Part shown: positions 1 through 10,982 of the stretch, one piece after another
Layout of the letters: each line of letters starts with the position of its first letter
How positions within the stretch are numbered: position 1 is the first letter of the stretch
Origin: Neophaeotheca triangularis
Lineage: Eukaryota
Direction of reading: 5' to 3'
Assembly (NCBI GenBank): GCA_054600435.1
Contig: BAAIJX010000063.1
Location: 62,001-118,636, forward strand
DNA length: 56,636 nt
Made by a program: the position numbers and the translations under genes
Notes under the pieces: model-generated
The model's input: the letters and a program-made list of their open reading frames with translations, nothing else
The model's database searches: none
Told to the model about the DNA's origin: nothing

Positions 1-1928
1 GCGGATGATCTACGCGGGCCACGTCCACACGTCCTCTCTCTCGACGTCGAAGACCTTTACGGATCATTATTACAATTTACTTCCTATCAAACCTCGACTA
101 CCTAGGCTCCGTTATTATTGGCGTATGTTTGTTTGCACGTCTCAGGTACCTTGTCTTGAACATTCTCAACTTCTAGGATTAGACTCTCGCCTTATTCGAT
201 ATTGCTAGAGAGTACACAGTGTGCTACAGAGTACTTGGGTGTCTAAGTCCATTTCAACGACCGCTAGACACTGGAAACTGCTAGTGTGGACGACCCATCC
301 ACGTGGTAGGATCAAACCCCTTTTTCGCATGTATACAGAGCAGAGGTGGACAAGGCTAGCAGCACGGGCTTACCCGATGCCTAGGTTACCGCCATCGTGA
401 TTCCTACAAGCAAAAGCTGAATCTAAATTGCATTTTGGCGTTTATCATTTCCTCAAAGCTTCGGCAGCAACAAAGAACACCCGCCTCTTTAGGAAAGCCG
501 CAACTCTTAGCCCTATAATATCAATGTCCTCTTCGGGCAATGGTTTCACGCATGCGTCAACGCGCCGGTGCAGAGGGCGCCTAAAGGATACGGCGATCCG
601 ACTCCATGATTTCAACTTCCAATCATTAGCGAGATTAGCCACTGGATAAGGTACGCTTAGACATATCCGCGGTTGGGCCCCGAGCTTCTTCATGGGGATC
701 GACATGTCTCCTTCCTACCTTATTGTTCCTGAAAACCACCTGACTGGATCAATGTAAATGTCGGGTGCTTTCGGCCTTTCATCTTTTTGATGCGCATGAC
801 CACCATGGCGCAGAGTCGACCATCTTCGCCTGGCCCTTTGTGCCTCGGAATTGTTCCCCGAGCGGTCCACGCCGATCCTCCACAGCCAACATTAACACCT
901 AAGAAGCGGGATATCCCGACTCTGTACTACACCACTACTCACTTTTGGTTCCCTTCCCTCGATGTGTTCAAGTTGTGGATCCCTCGTGGGAAATGCCGAC
1001 AAGCTTCGGGATGTGCGTCGATCATGCTTGGTCTGAACATGCGGATCATAGGAAACAACGTCCGTGGACCGTGACCGTGATGCCCGTCTTTGCCATATTA
1101 GCTCTGACGTGTGAAGTAAAGCCCGCCGAGTCACTCTGGAAACTTGACTTCAACCTCGCAGATACCATACCATAAGACTCGTACGGCCTATCTATACCAC
1201 GCAAACTGGTCAACCCATACCAAACTCATACCCTGTTGCACGAAAACGTGGTTTCCTCACGAAAAAGACGAAGCTCCGGCGACCTTCGGCTTCCTAGGCG
1301 CTCTCAAGGAGAAGTCGGCGAACCTTGAGCTCGCCTCTTTCGAGTATAGGAATGTTCAGAATCTCACTGACTGTTGCTGACCATCATCAACGTCAATCTC
1401 CTAGTACGGCCCAAGAGCGGTCGTTGTCCCATAATTTCTGAATTAATTTGGACAATCCTAGTTTCGATATCGAACTTACAGTTTAGGCGATCCTGGCACA
1501 CCACTATCCGCTCCTCTCCAAGCGGTGGCCCAAAGGTTTCTTATCTTTCCAGTGCTCTGTTTCAACGGAGGGCCATACCTCTTCTTGCTCTCGGCGCTCC
1601 GTGTTTTGGGGCTGGAGGAGCACAGCGCAACCCCAACGAAAGCGGCACATTGATACGGCAGAACCGTTTGGTACATTAGCACGTACAGGCCGGAGCATCG
1701 AAAAGGTGCAAACCATTACCAGTGGTTGTTGTGGCGGCATGATACGCAGGTCCGAAGTAGTAAAAGCGGACCGTCTGCAACGAACACGTTGATAGGCGAG
1801 ACGAGCCGGAATCGTCCCTCGAGCTTCTGACCTACTGTCATTGGGCCACCAAGATTCCCTGAAGCGAGACTTGCTGGTTTCAACTCCTACGACACCAAAC
1901 TTTGCACAATCGCCTCAAGCCTTCCCAC

Positions 1929-3578
1929 ATGGTCGCTCTCGCAATGTCGCTGAACGCGGAGACTGCGCCCAAGACCAGGTATCCGTCCGATACTGAGCTC
2001 ACGACCTTGAGCTCCGTAATCGAAGCACCGCCCCCTGATATAACAACCACCAAATTTCAACAATGGCGAGTGCGACATCGAACCCCAGTCACGATGGCGG
2101 TCATCTGCGCTGGTGGATTTGCAACTTCTCTGGATGCAGTAGTCGTGGGCACAGCGCTGCCGTCAATCTCGAGCGATTTGAACTCATCTACTACCGAGCT
2201 TGCCTGGATAGGTGCATCATACCAGCTAGCCTCCTGCTTGCTGATGCCTCTTTGGCCCACGATATCCGAGTTTACTGGCCGTAAGATTGCCTTGATCATC
2301 GGCTTCGTTCTATTTTTCATCGGTAGCCTGGTTTCTGCTGTCGCACAAGGTCCCGGAATGCTCATTGGCGGCCGCATCATCCAAGGGTTAGGCGCAGGCA
2401 ATACGATTGTCCTTTGCAACGTGCTTATCGCAGACCTCTTCCCACTCCGTGAACGAGGCCTCTATATTGGTATTTACTCCGCTTTCTTGTGTCTGGGCGC
2501 AGCACTTGGGCCCGTCCTAGGAGGGTTGCTCACGAGCTACATCACCTGGCGCTGGTGTTTCTGGATCAACCTGCCCTTCATTGGCGTAGCGCTACCCATC
2601 ACGGCGATATTGATGGACCTCCCTAAAATACCCTATAGCGCCGACATTCCCAGCCTTTACGCGGTAGACTGGCTTGGCTCAACACTGGTCATAGCGGCCA
2701 CCACACTATTCTTGGTGGGTTTACAATCCGGCGGGATCCTAGCGCCATGGAGCTCCGCTACCGTAATTGGCCTTCTAATCGGCGGTGGTGTGGCATTCGC
2801 GTTATTCTTGCTCTCGCAGAGATTCCACCTCAACCCCATCATGCCTCCCCGTATTTTCTCCTCTCAGTCTCCCGCCGCCTGCATCGCCATAGCCTTCCTC
2901 CACGGCTTCACCTACATCGCCTTCCTCTACTATCTCCCTTTCTACTTCCAGCTCGCGCTTGGCGCCAGCCCCGTCGATTCCGGTGTCTGGCTCCTCATCA
3001 CAGCCATTCCCTTGAGCTTCGTAACCGTTGGCGGTGCTCTACTAATCCGCAAAACTGGTCGCTATCGCCCAACCCTCCTCGTCAGCGCCGCGGCCCTCAC
3101 GCTCGGCGCCGGCCTCTCAATCCTATTCCCCGCCCACCGCAACTGGGCCCTCATCGTCGTCGTCCAGCTAGTTCTAGCCATGGGCATCGGCCCCCTATTC
3201 CAAGCGCCACTGCTCGCGCTGCAAGCCTCGACAGCCCGCGAAGATGTCTCCCGCGCCAACGGCGCTTTCGCTTTCGTGCGAACGCTCAGCTCAGCCATCG
3301 GGCTGGTCGTGGGCCAAGTGGTCTTGCAGAACGAACTCCAGACGCGCTTATCCCAGCTCGGCGATATCGGGCTGCCGCAAAGTTTGCTTGATCGCATTGC
3401 CGATCAGATCACCGTGCTGGCCGATGTTGGAAACCTGTCGCCGGTACAGCAGCGCGCGTTGCAGACGGCTTTTACGGATAGTCTTGATCGCTTGTGGGTG
3501 GTCTACACGGCTACTGCTGGTGCGGCGTTGGTGGCTACACTGTTTGTAAAGCATTTTCCACTGGCTACGGAAATTTAG
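1929..3578 (+). CDS. MFS drug:H+ antiporter (DHA2/14-TMS type), intronless
   Basis: Long ORF with about 14 hydrophobic segments and family motifs LDAVVVGTALPSI, ISEFTGRK, GRIIQGLGAG, GPVLGGLLT and WRWCFWINLP. Start is ATG 1929 or 1944. Confidence 0.9.
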   Translation: MVALAMSLNAETAPKTRYPSDTELTTLSSVIEAPPPDITTTKFQQWRVRHRTPVTMAVICAGGFATSLDAVVVGTALPSISSDLNSSTTELAWIGASYQLASCLLMPLWPTISEFTGRKIALIIGFVLFFIGSLVSAVAQGPGMLIGGRIIQGLGAGNTIVLCNVLIADLFPLRERGLYIGIYSAFLCLGAALGPVLGGLLTSYITWRWCFWINLPFIGVALPITAILMDLPKIPYSADIPSLYAVDWLGSTLVIAATTLFLVGLQSGGILAPWSSATVIGLLIGGGVAFALFLLSQRFHLNPIMPPRIFSSQSPAACIAIAFLHGFTYIAFLYYLPFYFQLALGASPVDSGVWLLITAIPLSFVTVGGALLIRKTGRYRPTLLVSAAALTLGAGLSILFPAHRNWALIVVVQLVLAMGIGPLFQAPLLALQASTAREDVSRANGAFAFVRTLSSAIGLVVGQVVLQNELQTRLSQLGDIGLPQSLLDRIADQITVLADVGNLSPVQQRALQTAFTDSLDRLWVVYTATAGAALVATLFVKHFPLATEI

Positions 3579-4458
3579 CCGGGTTCGTACCGGATTCTGA
3601 GAGGTGGCAAACCTTATGGTGTTTTTCGTAGCCACATACGTGGAACTTGGACTTGGGATCCTTGACCCTTCACAAGAGTAGCGTGGAGTAATGGTCCGTA
3701 TCTTCCTCGTCGCTATTTGCACATGGCAGCTTGCGTCTTGCTACTGATGGAGAGCGCCCTCTTCAAATGCTGGAGTCATGTTTCGGTTCGAAGATCATCG
3801 TTCGGCGGAGTCTGCTTTCGTCTATCTATGGCGAACGGGTCCTGGTCCGTCAAATGTCATGGCTGGCAAAGCCTAAACCTTGAAACTCTTCTTTAATCAC
3901 ATCTTCTCGACTAATTTACAAAGTGCCGCAATTACATCAAAACCGCTACATTAATATTCATGGACCGAATAAACAGTGCCTTACTAATGATAAGTTAAGC
4001 ATCTTGGTGAGAGGTAACAACAAAGCTAAGGGGCTCACCTGATGCGTATGTTGTCTCGGCGAGGGACAGGAATCGGGGTTTGTGAGGTTGGGTGGGAGTT
4101 GTTGGCTAGTACCTACGTTTTGCAGGAGTGGTGTTTTAGAAAGATTAGTGTGGTTGGAAGAAAAGGCTTGTTTGAGGGATGTTGGCTAGACACTGTGCTC
4201 GAGTAACTTACGTGGAAGGCGCTTGAGTGATGTAGGCTGCACGCTTTGATGAGGCCGTCTTTTAAGACCGTGGTCACGCTTGTTCGTACAAGTTCGAAGG
4301 ACCACGGTTTGCTCTGTCTGCCGTGTCTTGCACGCCGTGCTGGATGCAATTTTTGTACTGGCCTGTATTTACAATGCTCTTTGAACAGCAGACTCCATAC
4401 ACCCACAACAACAAAAAAGAAGTCGATCTCTCACCCAGTAACCCTCTCACAGCTTCTC

Positions 4459-5205
4459 TTACCTATAAGGCGCATCCGCCCTAGCAACAGCCGCCAACTC
4501 CGGCTCCCACTTATCCCCATTATGCAACAGCTTCTCCTTGTTATACAGCAACTCCTCCCTTGTCTCAGTAGCATACTCGGCGTTGGGGCTCTCGACAATG
4601 GCATCCACGGGACAGCTCTCCTGGCAGAAACCGCAGTAAATGCATTTGGTCATGTCGATATCGTAGCGCGTCGTCCGGCGCGACCCGTCCTCGCGCTCTT
4701 CCGCTTCGATCGTAATGGCTTGGGCTGGGCAGATGGCTTCGCAGAGTTTGCACGCGATGCACCGCTCTTCGCCCGTGGGGTAGCGACGAAGGGCGTGCTC
4801 GCCACGGAAGCGCGGGGAGATGGGGCCTTTTTCGAAGGGGTAGTAAATTGTGTAGCTAGGAGTATTCGTATCAGTCGCTGCTAACGTGTAGGTTTGTGTG
4901 TGTAGCTGTGACGGTTAAACTCACGGTGGTCGGAAGTACTGCTCCAGCACGACGTACATGCCGCGCATCATCTCGGTCAGGAGGAAGTAGTTGCCGGCTT
5001 GGTCCAAGGCGCTGTCTTTACGGTTGTGGTACCGGGTCGGTGGCGGCATGCGGAAGTTCTGCGGCGGGGGGCCTTCGGTTGTCGCTGCCAGTGTCCTGCT
5101 GGTGCTGAAGGCTGCTGTGCGGGTGGCTGAGACGAGGGGGGTGTTGTTGGCGAGCGGGCGCGAGCTGCGCATGAGCGCTGCCAGGGGTCGTGCGGCGTTG
5201 GCCAT
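4459..5205 (-). CDS. NDUFS8: NADH:ubiquinone oxidoreductase 23 kDa (TYKY) Fe-S subunit, 2 exons (intron 4856-4924)
   Basis: Arg/Ser/Ala-rich mitochondrial presequence, then [26 protein letters not shown] and two 4Fe-4S motifs [12 protein letters not shown] and [19 protein letters not shown]...CTGAT...TAG intron restores the frame. Confidence 0.97.
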
Positions 5206-6119
5206 GGTGTGTGATGTTGTATAGGTAGAGGGGAGATTGGTGGGGTGGCGTAGGCGTGGGTTGGTTAGGTAGAGGTGTAGTTTGACGATGATGGCTTCGA
5301 GGTTCTGCGGAAACCACGCTAGTCTCCGCCAATTAGATGAGGGGAATTGGAAAGCGCGTGCACGGACCAGCTTTACCTCAAATGTCGGGTGTGCTGACCT
5401 CACCTTGACTTTGATCTCGACCCTCACATTAAAGGCACACATATTTACACTACTCTGGATCATCTCAAATCTGCGACGATGAGTTGAGCTGCTGTGGAGC
5501 AAACATCTATGCATTGTTGTGAGAGCGCAACCTCATCTAGTGTTAAAATAGCCAGACAAGAGATCTACATTCGGCCAACACCCGCTCTTGTCTGGAAGGA
5601 ATAGCAGAATTACAACATAGACCTTAATCTCTGCTGGCTCTGGAAGTAGGACAACAAAGTTTTGGTCGTCGTTAACTCCTGCCATCTCCTTTCCCTCGAC
5701 CTAATGCACTATGGTTCTTCCTCCCTCCTGTCCTACATCTAACGCTTTTCTCCATTGCGGATCTACAACTTAGTCGTTCCGCTCATCGTAGCGTACACAC
5801 ACGGCCGTCTCAACACACCGCATGATCAAGGCATTTGCCAATAGCACACTTTTAGCATGCACTGCCCAAGTTTGACACAGCCCATTGAGTAGTTGATTGT
5901 CTCCTCCCACTCGTGGAATAATTATCCCCTCTTGTCAGACAGTAGCAAACTAGTCGTCACTTGCACCACGCGTTACCCTCTGCTAAAGCTCCGCCACTTT
6001 CTCCTCACCCTCCGGTCAATCCCTCCCATCCCTCTAACTTAGAGGCCCGCGCCCACGAACTTTCGTTGTCGCCTAGCACTTAGCCACAACTTCTACAAAA
6101 ATCTTCCATCGACTTCAAA

Positions 6120-7475
6120 GATTTTCAGTCAAAGGCATCACATCCCATGATGACAGAGGTGCACTCCACGACCAAGTTCGGGATCAACGACGACGTCTTC
6201 CTCTGTTCGAGTTTCCCTCTGAATTCCAACTCGAATGTATCCGCGCTATTGCCGCCCGCTGGGTCGAGATAGCTATCGATATAAGTCGCGACAGCGAAAA
6301 ATACAAACAACCTTGAAGGAGCACCCCGCGAATGTCGAGCGAGACAACAGTACCATCGCCGAGGGCTACGACGCCAGAAAGCTGGAACAGCTATTGCTCC
6401 ACAGATACCTGCTCAGCGGCGGAGTAACTCTGCACAATAAGATTGCGCCCGCGCCGTAGGCGCAGCATCCCTTCACTCTCACGTCGAGGAAGGTTTAGCG
6501 CGAAACGCTCCCGTTCTCATCGAGACCTATTTCGAAGCTGCCAAAGTATATAATACTCCAAGTACGATCCTGAGGCCGCCGGTGAGAGGGGGGTGACGGA
6601 TCAGACGCCTACACTGCCTTTGGGCTCAGATCAGGAGATCTTTTTGACGGCTCTTTCCAGGGACCCTACAAATACTGTGCTGAGGTCGCGATGGTCGCTC
6701 GTGCCGGACAGAGGGGGATAATATTTCAATTCCATCCATTCAGTTGTCGAGCACCTTCTCCAAAAAGTTGAAATCGAGCTGTAAAAATCGAGGAGCTCGG
6801 AAGGTGAAGTCTCAGTAGATGAGAAGTGGATCGCATGCCGTAACAACGACTTTGGGTCCATGCCACTCTTCCCTAAGATGCCCGAGTACAAGACGAAGTG
6901 GCTACTGGCCCCTGAAACATCTTGAAGGAAGATAGATGAGCGAGGCGAAAGCATTCGAGTGTAGCCTCGCGGCCAGGCCGGTGGGACCCTCAAGGAATCA
7001 CTTCATGCTTTCAGAGTTCCTGCTGATGCTAAAGATCTGGGGATGCGTCTCCGGGGAGAACAAGGTCAGGTGAGTTAGCGAAGCTTCTACCGATAACTAG
7101 GACCAACTTGCTGACGTCCTCACAAACTTCAAGTCTTTCTCGTGTACGAGAAGATGGGAAGATCGAGCCAGTCGAAGAACGCACTCTGGAAATTCTGGAA
7201 GGCGCACGGGACCGATTTGAAGACATGGTCCAGATCCTTCACTGGTCTTCGGCGCATCTGACCAAGGACTGAAGAGGACCAAACGAAAAAGCGAGAAGCA
7301 AGATTCGCTTGATCACGGGCTCAAATGCGGCATCCTGAAGCGACCGAAGGGCACTGGTGTTACAGACTCTGAACCAGATATCATTACTATCATATACCAA
7401 AGACCCAAAAACGCCAGAAGAGTCAGGAGAAGAGCGGCAGCTGATCAATATCTGCCGAAGACGCTATGGTCAATA
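6120..7475 (+). pseudogene. Degenerate coding relic of unknown family
   Basis: Protein-like + strand frames (e.g. DQEIFLTALSRDPTNTVLRSRWSLVPDRGG*YFNSIHSVVEHLLQKVEIEL*, KIEPVEERTLEILEGARDRFEDMVQILHW) broken by scattered stops and frameshifts. The antisense frames are open, as expected for an old CDS shadow. Confidence 0.4.
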
Positions 7476-9147
7476 ATCAGATCAATATTCGTCCATCTCG
7501 TCTCGGCATCTTAACGCTCAAGGGCTTCTTATCTCTCTCGAGTCTTTCGCTCACAGTAGTCCAATTATCCCGCCCCTATCTGATAGCACGAACAATTGAG
7601 CATGGACTAATTATTGAGCATGGACTAATTGCTTCAAAGCTGCTCTAGTGGGTGGTGCTTCCGTTTGGCCATATTCCGGGCAGCGTCATGTACTGGGAGA
7701 AGGGATGTTTATCGTCATCGCGTGGCGGTAATGTTGTTACCCGTCGTAAACGGTGAAGTCCATACCTAGTAGACAGAGCTGTTTCTGCGCGGGTCACACA
7801 TGTTTAACTCCCGCGATGTCGTGGCGACTGTACGCCCAGGAAGGTACATACCTAGTTAGGTGCTGCGGTAGTTCTCAAAGCCCTGGTTAGGCGCTGTGGA
7901 GGAGGCGAAGCACTTCCAAGACCAGGCAACTTTGCTTGTCTGATTGCTAGTCAACTTGGCAGTAGACCATTCTATCGCCGACAGATCTCCCAGGTTACTT
8001 TTGACTGCCTCCATTCTCATCATCGCTCTTTTGAAACCTTTTCCTTCCTGAATGAATATTTTGTGATCCGTACATAATAAGAGATGGGCCGGCACTCGGG
8101 TTGCCTAAACGAGCTGTTTCCCGAGCTTCGGCACAAGGACGAGTTTCGCGGAGGAATCGCGATTCTCAAGTGTACACGGTACCTACAGGAACCACTGTGC
8201 CGAGCCTTCCAGGCTCTTTGGGACTCGTCTGCTTTCGAACTTTCACAAACCAAGGCTATCGCAACAACATCAAAACGCTTCTTGTGCTCAGACACAATAA
8301 GGGCGCTCACTCGATGGCAAGATGGGCACGTTCAGTTCGACCCCGGGCGGAGACGTAACCGTAGCACGCGGCGCGGCCGTGGCCGGCCTTGGGGGCGACG
8401 ATCAAGCAGCGTCGTCCACATGGCCGTTGTAACCGACCCAATAGTAAAACCTTCCTGCCGCTCTCCACAACCGACCCCCAAGCCCCCAGAAAACGCTTAC
8501 CACTCCGTGGCAGGTGCTTGACACAGCTTTTCCACTCGCCAAGCAGACTAGCGACGGCGCCACACCCCTGACAAATGGAAGTCGGCACAGACAGCCATCC
8601 TGCCTCGCAACTTCATCGAAACCCGAGACGTCCGTCTCATGCTTGATGGCTGACCTCCACGGTAATCCGCGCCAAAAACAGACCGCGTGGTGGAGACGGC
8701 ACCTCTCTTACCTCCTAAGACCGAAACGCCCTTCCTTCTACACCGAGGTATTGAGCGGGCTCCGAGAACTTCATTGGCCCTACTGCCCTTGATATGTAGT
8801 TGTCCGAGGTTATCTTTGTGTTCCTTGACCCTTCGCTTGCAAAAAAACTGAGTGAATTGGCTCTACTACGGGTATGCTATTGTCATCGATGGGAGACGGC
8901 ACATCTTACCTGCGCAAGGCGGGGGCCCCATAGTCGCGAAGGTGTGAAGGTAGTGCTAGCTACGCGGGACCTCTCATGGAGTGTTCTTTGCTTTTTATTT
9001 CTTGCTTGCCGTTTTCTTTCCTGCGTTTTCTCCTCATACCTATTTGCTTAGCTCTCGCTTCTTCACTCTCAGCCAAAAAGTCTTCAACTCTAAGTATCGA
9101 CCGTAACACGAGATCTTCGATTCGAATATTCCAGCAATATAACCGCC

Positions 9148-10207
9148 ATGTCTGAATCCTCGCACGAGAAGATTGACCATCAAGACCGAAGTGGCTTCGT
9201 CGAAAACAACGCCGGTGGCGCCCCCCTCGATCGTCAAGTCACCATCTCTCTCTCGTCGGAACAGTATGAGCGCATGTTCTTCCAGCCGACTGCACCACGC
9301 GGCGACCTGGCAAAAAGACTAGGAAACCCAACCTTGCTAGGCCTCATTGGTTTTCTGATTCCTTACACTTCGACGGTTCTGATCCTATGTCAGTTTGGTG
9401 GAGCTTTGCCGCCGTACAGCCTGGTCGGGCTGAGTGGTGATTATTACTTCTTGGGCAGTATTGCTATGGTGATTGCGGGGATCTGTGAATTTGTATTGGG
9501 CAATTGTGAGTTTCACCATTCACATTCCTCACGTTCTGAGAGAGATTCTTGGAACAAGGCAAGTCGCAACCGAGATTCGAAAGCTAACACCCCTTTCCAA
9601 AGCCTTCCCCTTTGCAGTCTTCATCATCTACGGCACCCACTGGGGCGCGCTCGCCTACCAACAAGACCCTATCCATCAAACCACTGCCGCTTTCGAGGGC
9701 GAGGGCGGTGCGGAGGGCGCGCCTTACAACTCCTCGCAAGCCTTCCACAACGTCACCATGTAAGCTTATCCCGGCGGCAGCACTGTGATTCGGAAGCACA
9801 CAACTAACGAGATGTGTAGGTGCATGGTCAGCTTCTTCCTCATGATCGGCCAGCTGCGCGTCAACGTGCCCCTCGTGCTTCTCTTCTTGGGCCTGACTTT
9901 CCTCTTCGCTTTCATTGCGGCAGCCGACTTCAAGATCCCTTCTGGTGATCTAGAAGGCGCTTTGTACTTGTTGAAAATTGCTGGCGGCTTTGGATTCGTT
10001 GGCTTGGTATCGGGATGGTGAGTACTTGATCATGTTCCCTGGAAGAGAGCATGCTTGTGTCAAGGGCATTTTGGCTGACAGGTGGTGCTTAGGTACCTTG
10101 TGCTGCTTACCGTTTGCGAGACTGTGGGCTTGCCACTGCCGTTGCCGATTTTTGACTTGAGCTCTAGGGTTTTCCCTGCTAAAGCGGCTCAGAAGAAGAA
10201 CCACTAA
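9148..10207 (+). CDS. GPR1/FUN34/YaaH family acetate/ammonia transporter, 4 exons (introns 9506-9602, 9760-9819, 10018-10092)
   Basis: LGNPTLLGLIGF motif and AGICEFVLGNSFPFAVF after splicing; about 6 TM segments; canonical GT-AG introns with CTAAC/CTGAC branch sites. Confidence 0.9.
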
Positions 10208-10982
10208 ATTGGGAGAGATACGCTCAGGGACTCCCTTGGGATGAGTACCATGGAATGTAATGAGAGTACGAAGGAAACGGGCAACGAGGGAAGAAGTGTT
10301 CGAATTACCAAATTGAGTACACTATTAACTCAAGCTTGATTCGAATGTGTGATTGACAGTATGTTTGTAACTCGAACGAGATGCAAATACTTATAGAGTG
10401 GTAGATCACCGTGCCGCTTGGAGATTGCAATAGGGATCGTTAGCACTCACTCGAGTCAGCTGTAAGGTTTTAAACAACGAAGTAAAGGCAACGAACCCTC
10501 GCCACTACAGCCCAACATTCACTCTCTTTCTTCCAGCTTTTGAAGCATGCCTTCCGCATTAGGACATTGATAGCCCGGCTGTTTCCGTTCTTCCCCACGT
10601 CTTGGCATCGGTATATAATAGCTCTCCTGTACCGCGCGTTTGTATGGTCATGTAAACCAACAATTTTCCCCTTCCTTGAGCAACGTGACCTTTTCGCATC
10701 AAGACAAACACTGGCGCATTGCAACAGGGAAACTTCAGTCTATCTTTGCCGACAGCCAACTGTCGTTCGCGCCTTCCTCCACCACTAGCGCGTCACCATT
10801 GAGCATCTTAGGAAGCTTCACTTGAGCCCCAAGCTTCACTCTCCAACGAACAGTCACGCGACGACCTCCAACCATCTACCCCCACAACGTTGTCTGCCTG
10901 GTACAGCTTGCGACCTCTTCCTCTACACCGCGCCATTACGTGACACAAGAATGTGATCCGCCCAGCGCGTGAAATCAACCCA

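Noticed and set aside
4246..4884. 212-aa + strand ORF
   Set aside because: Antisense shadow of the highly conserved NDUFS8 exon.
7595..7630. 18-bp direct duplication ATTGAGCATGGACTAATT x2
   Set aside because: Simple slippage duplication with no associated element.
7856..8800. Several 80-145 aa ORFs
   Set aside because: No recognisable motif or consistent exon structure; cannot be supported as genes.
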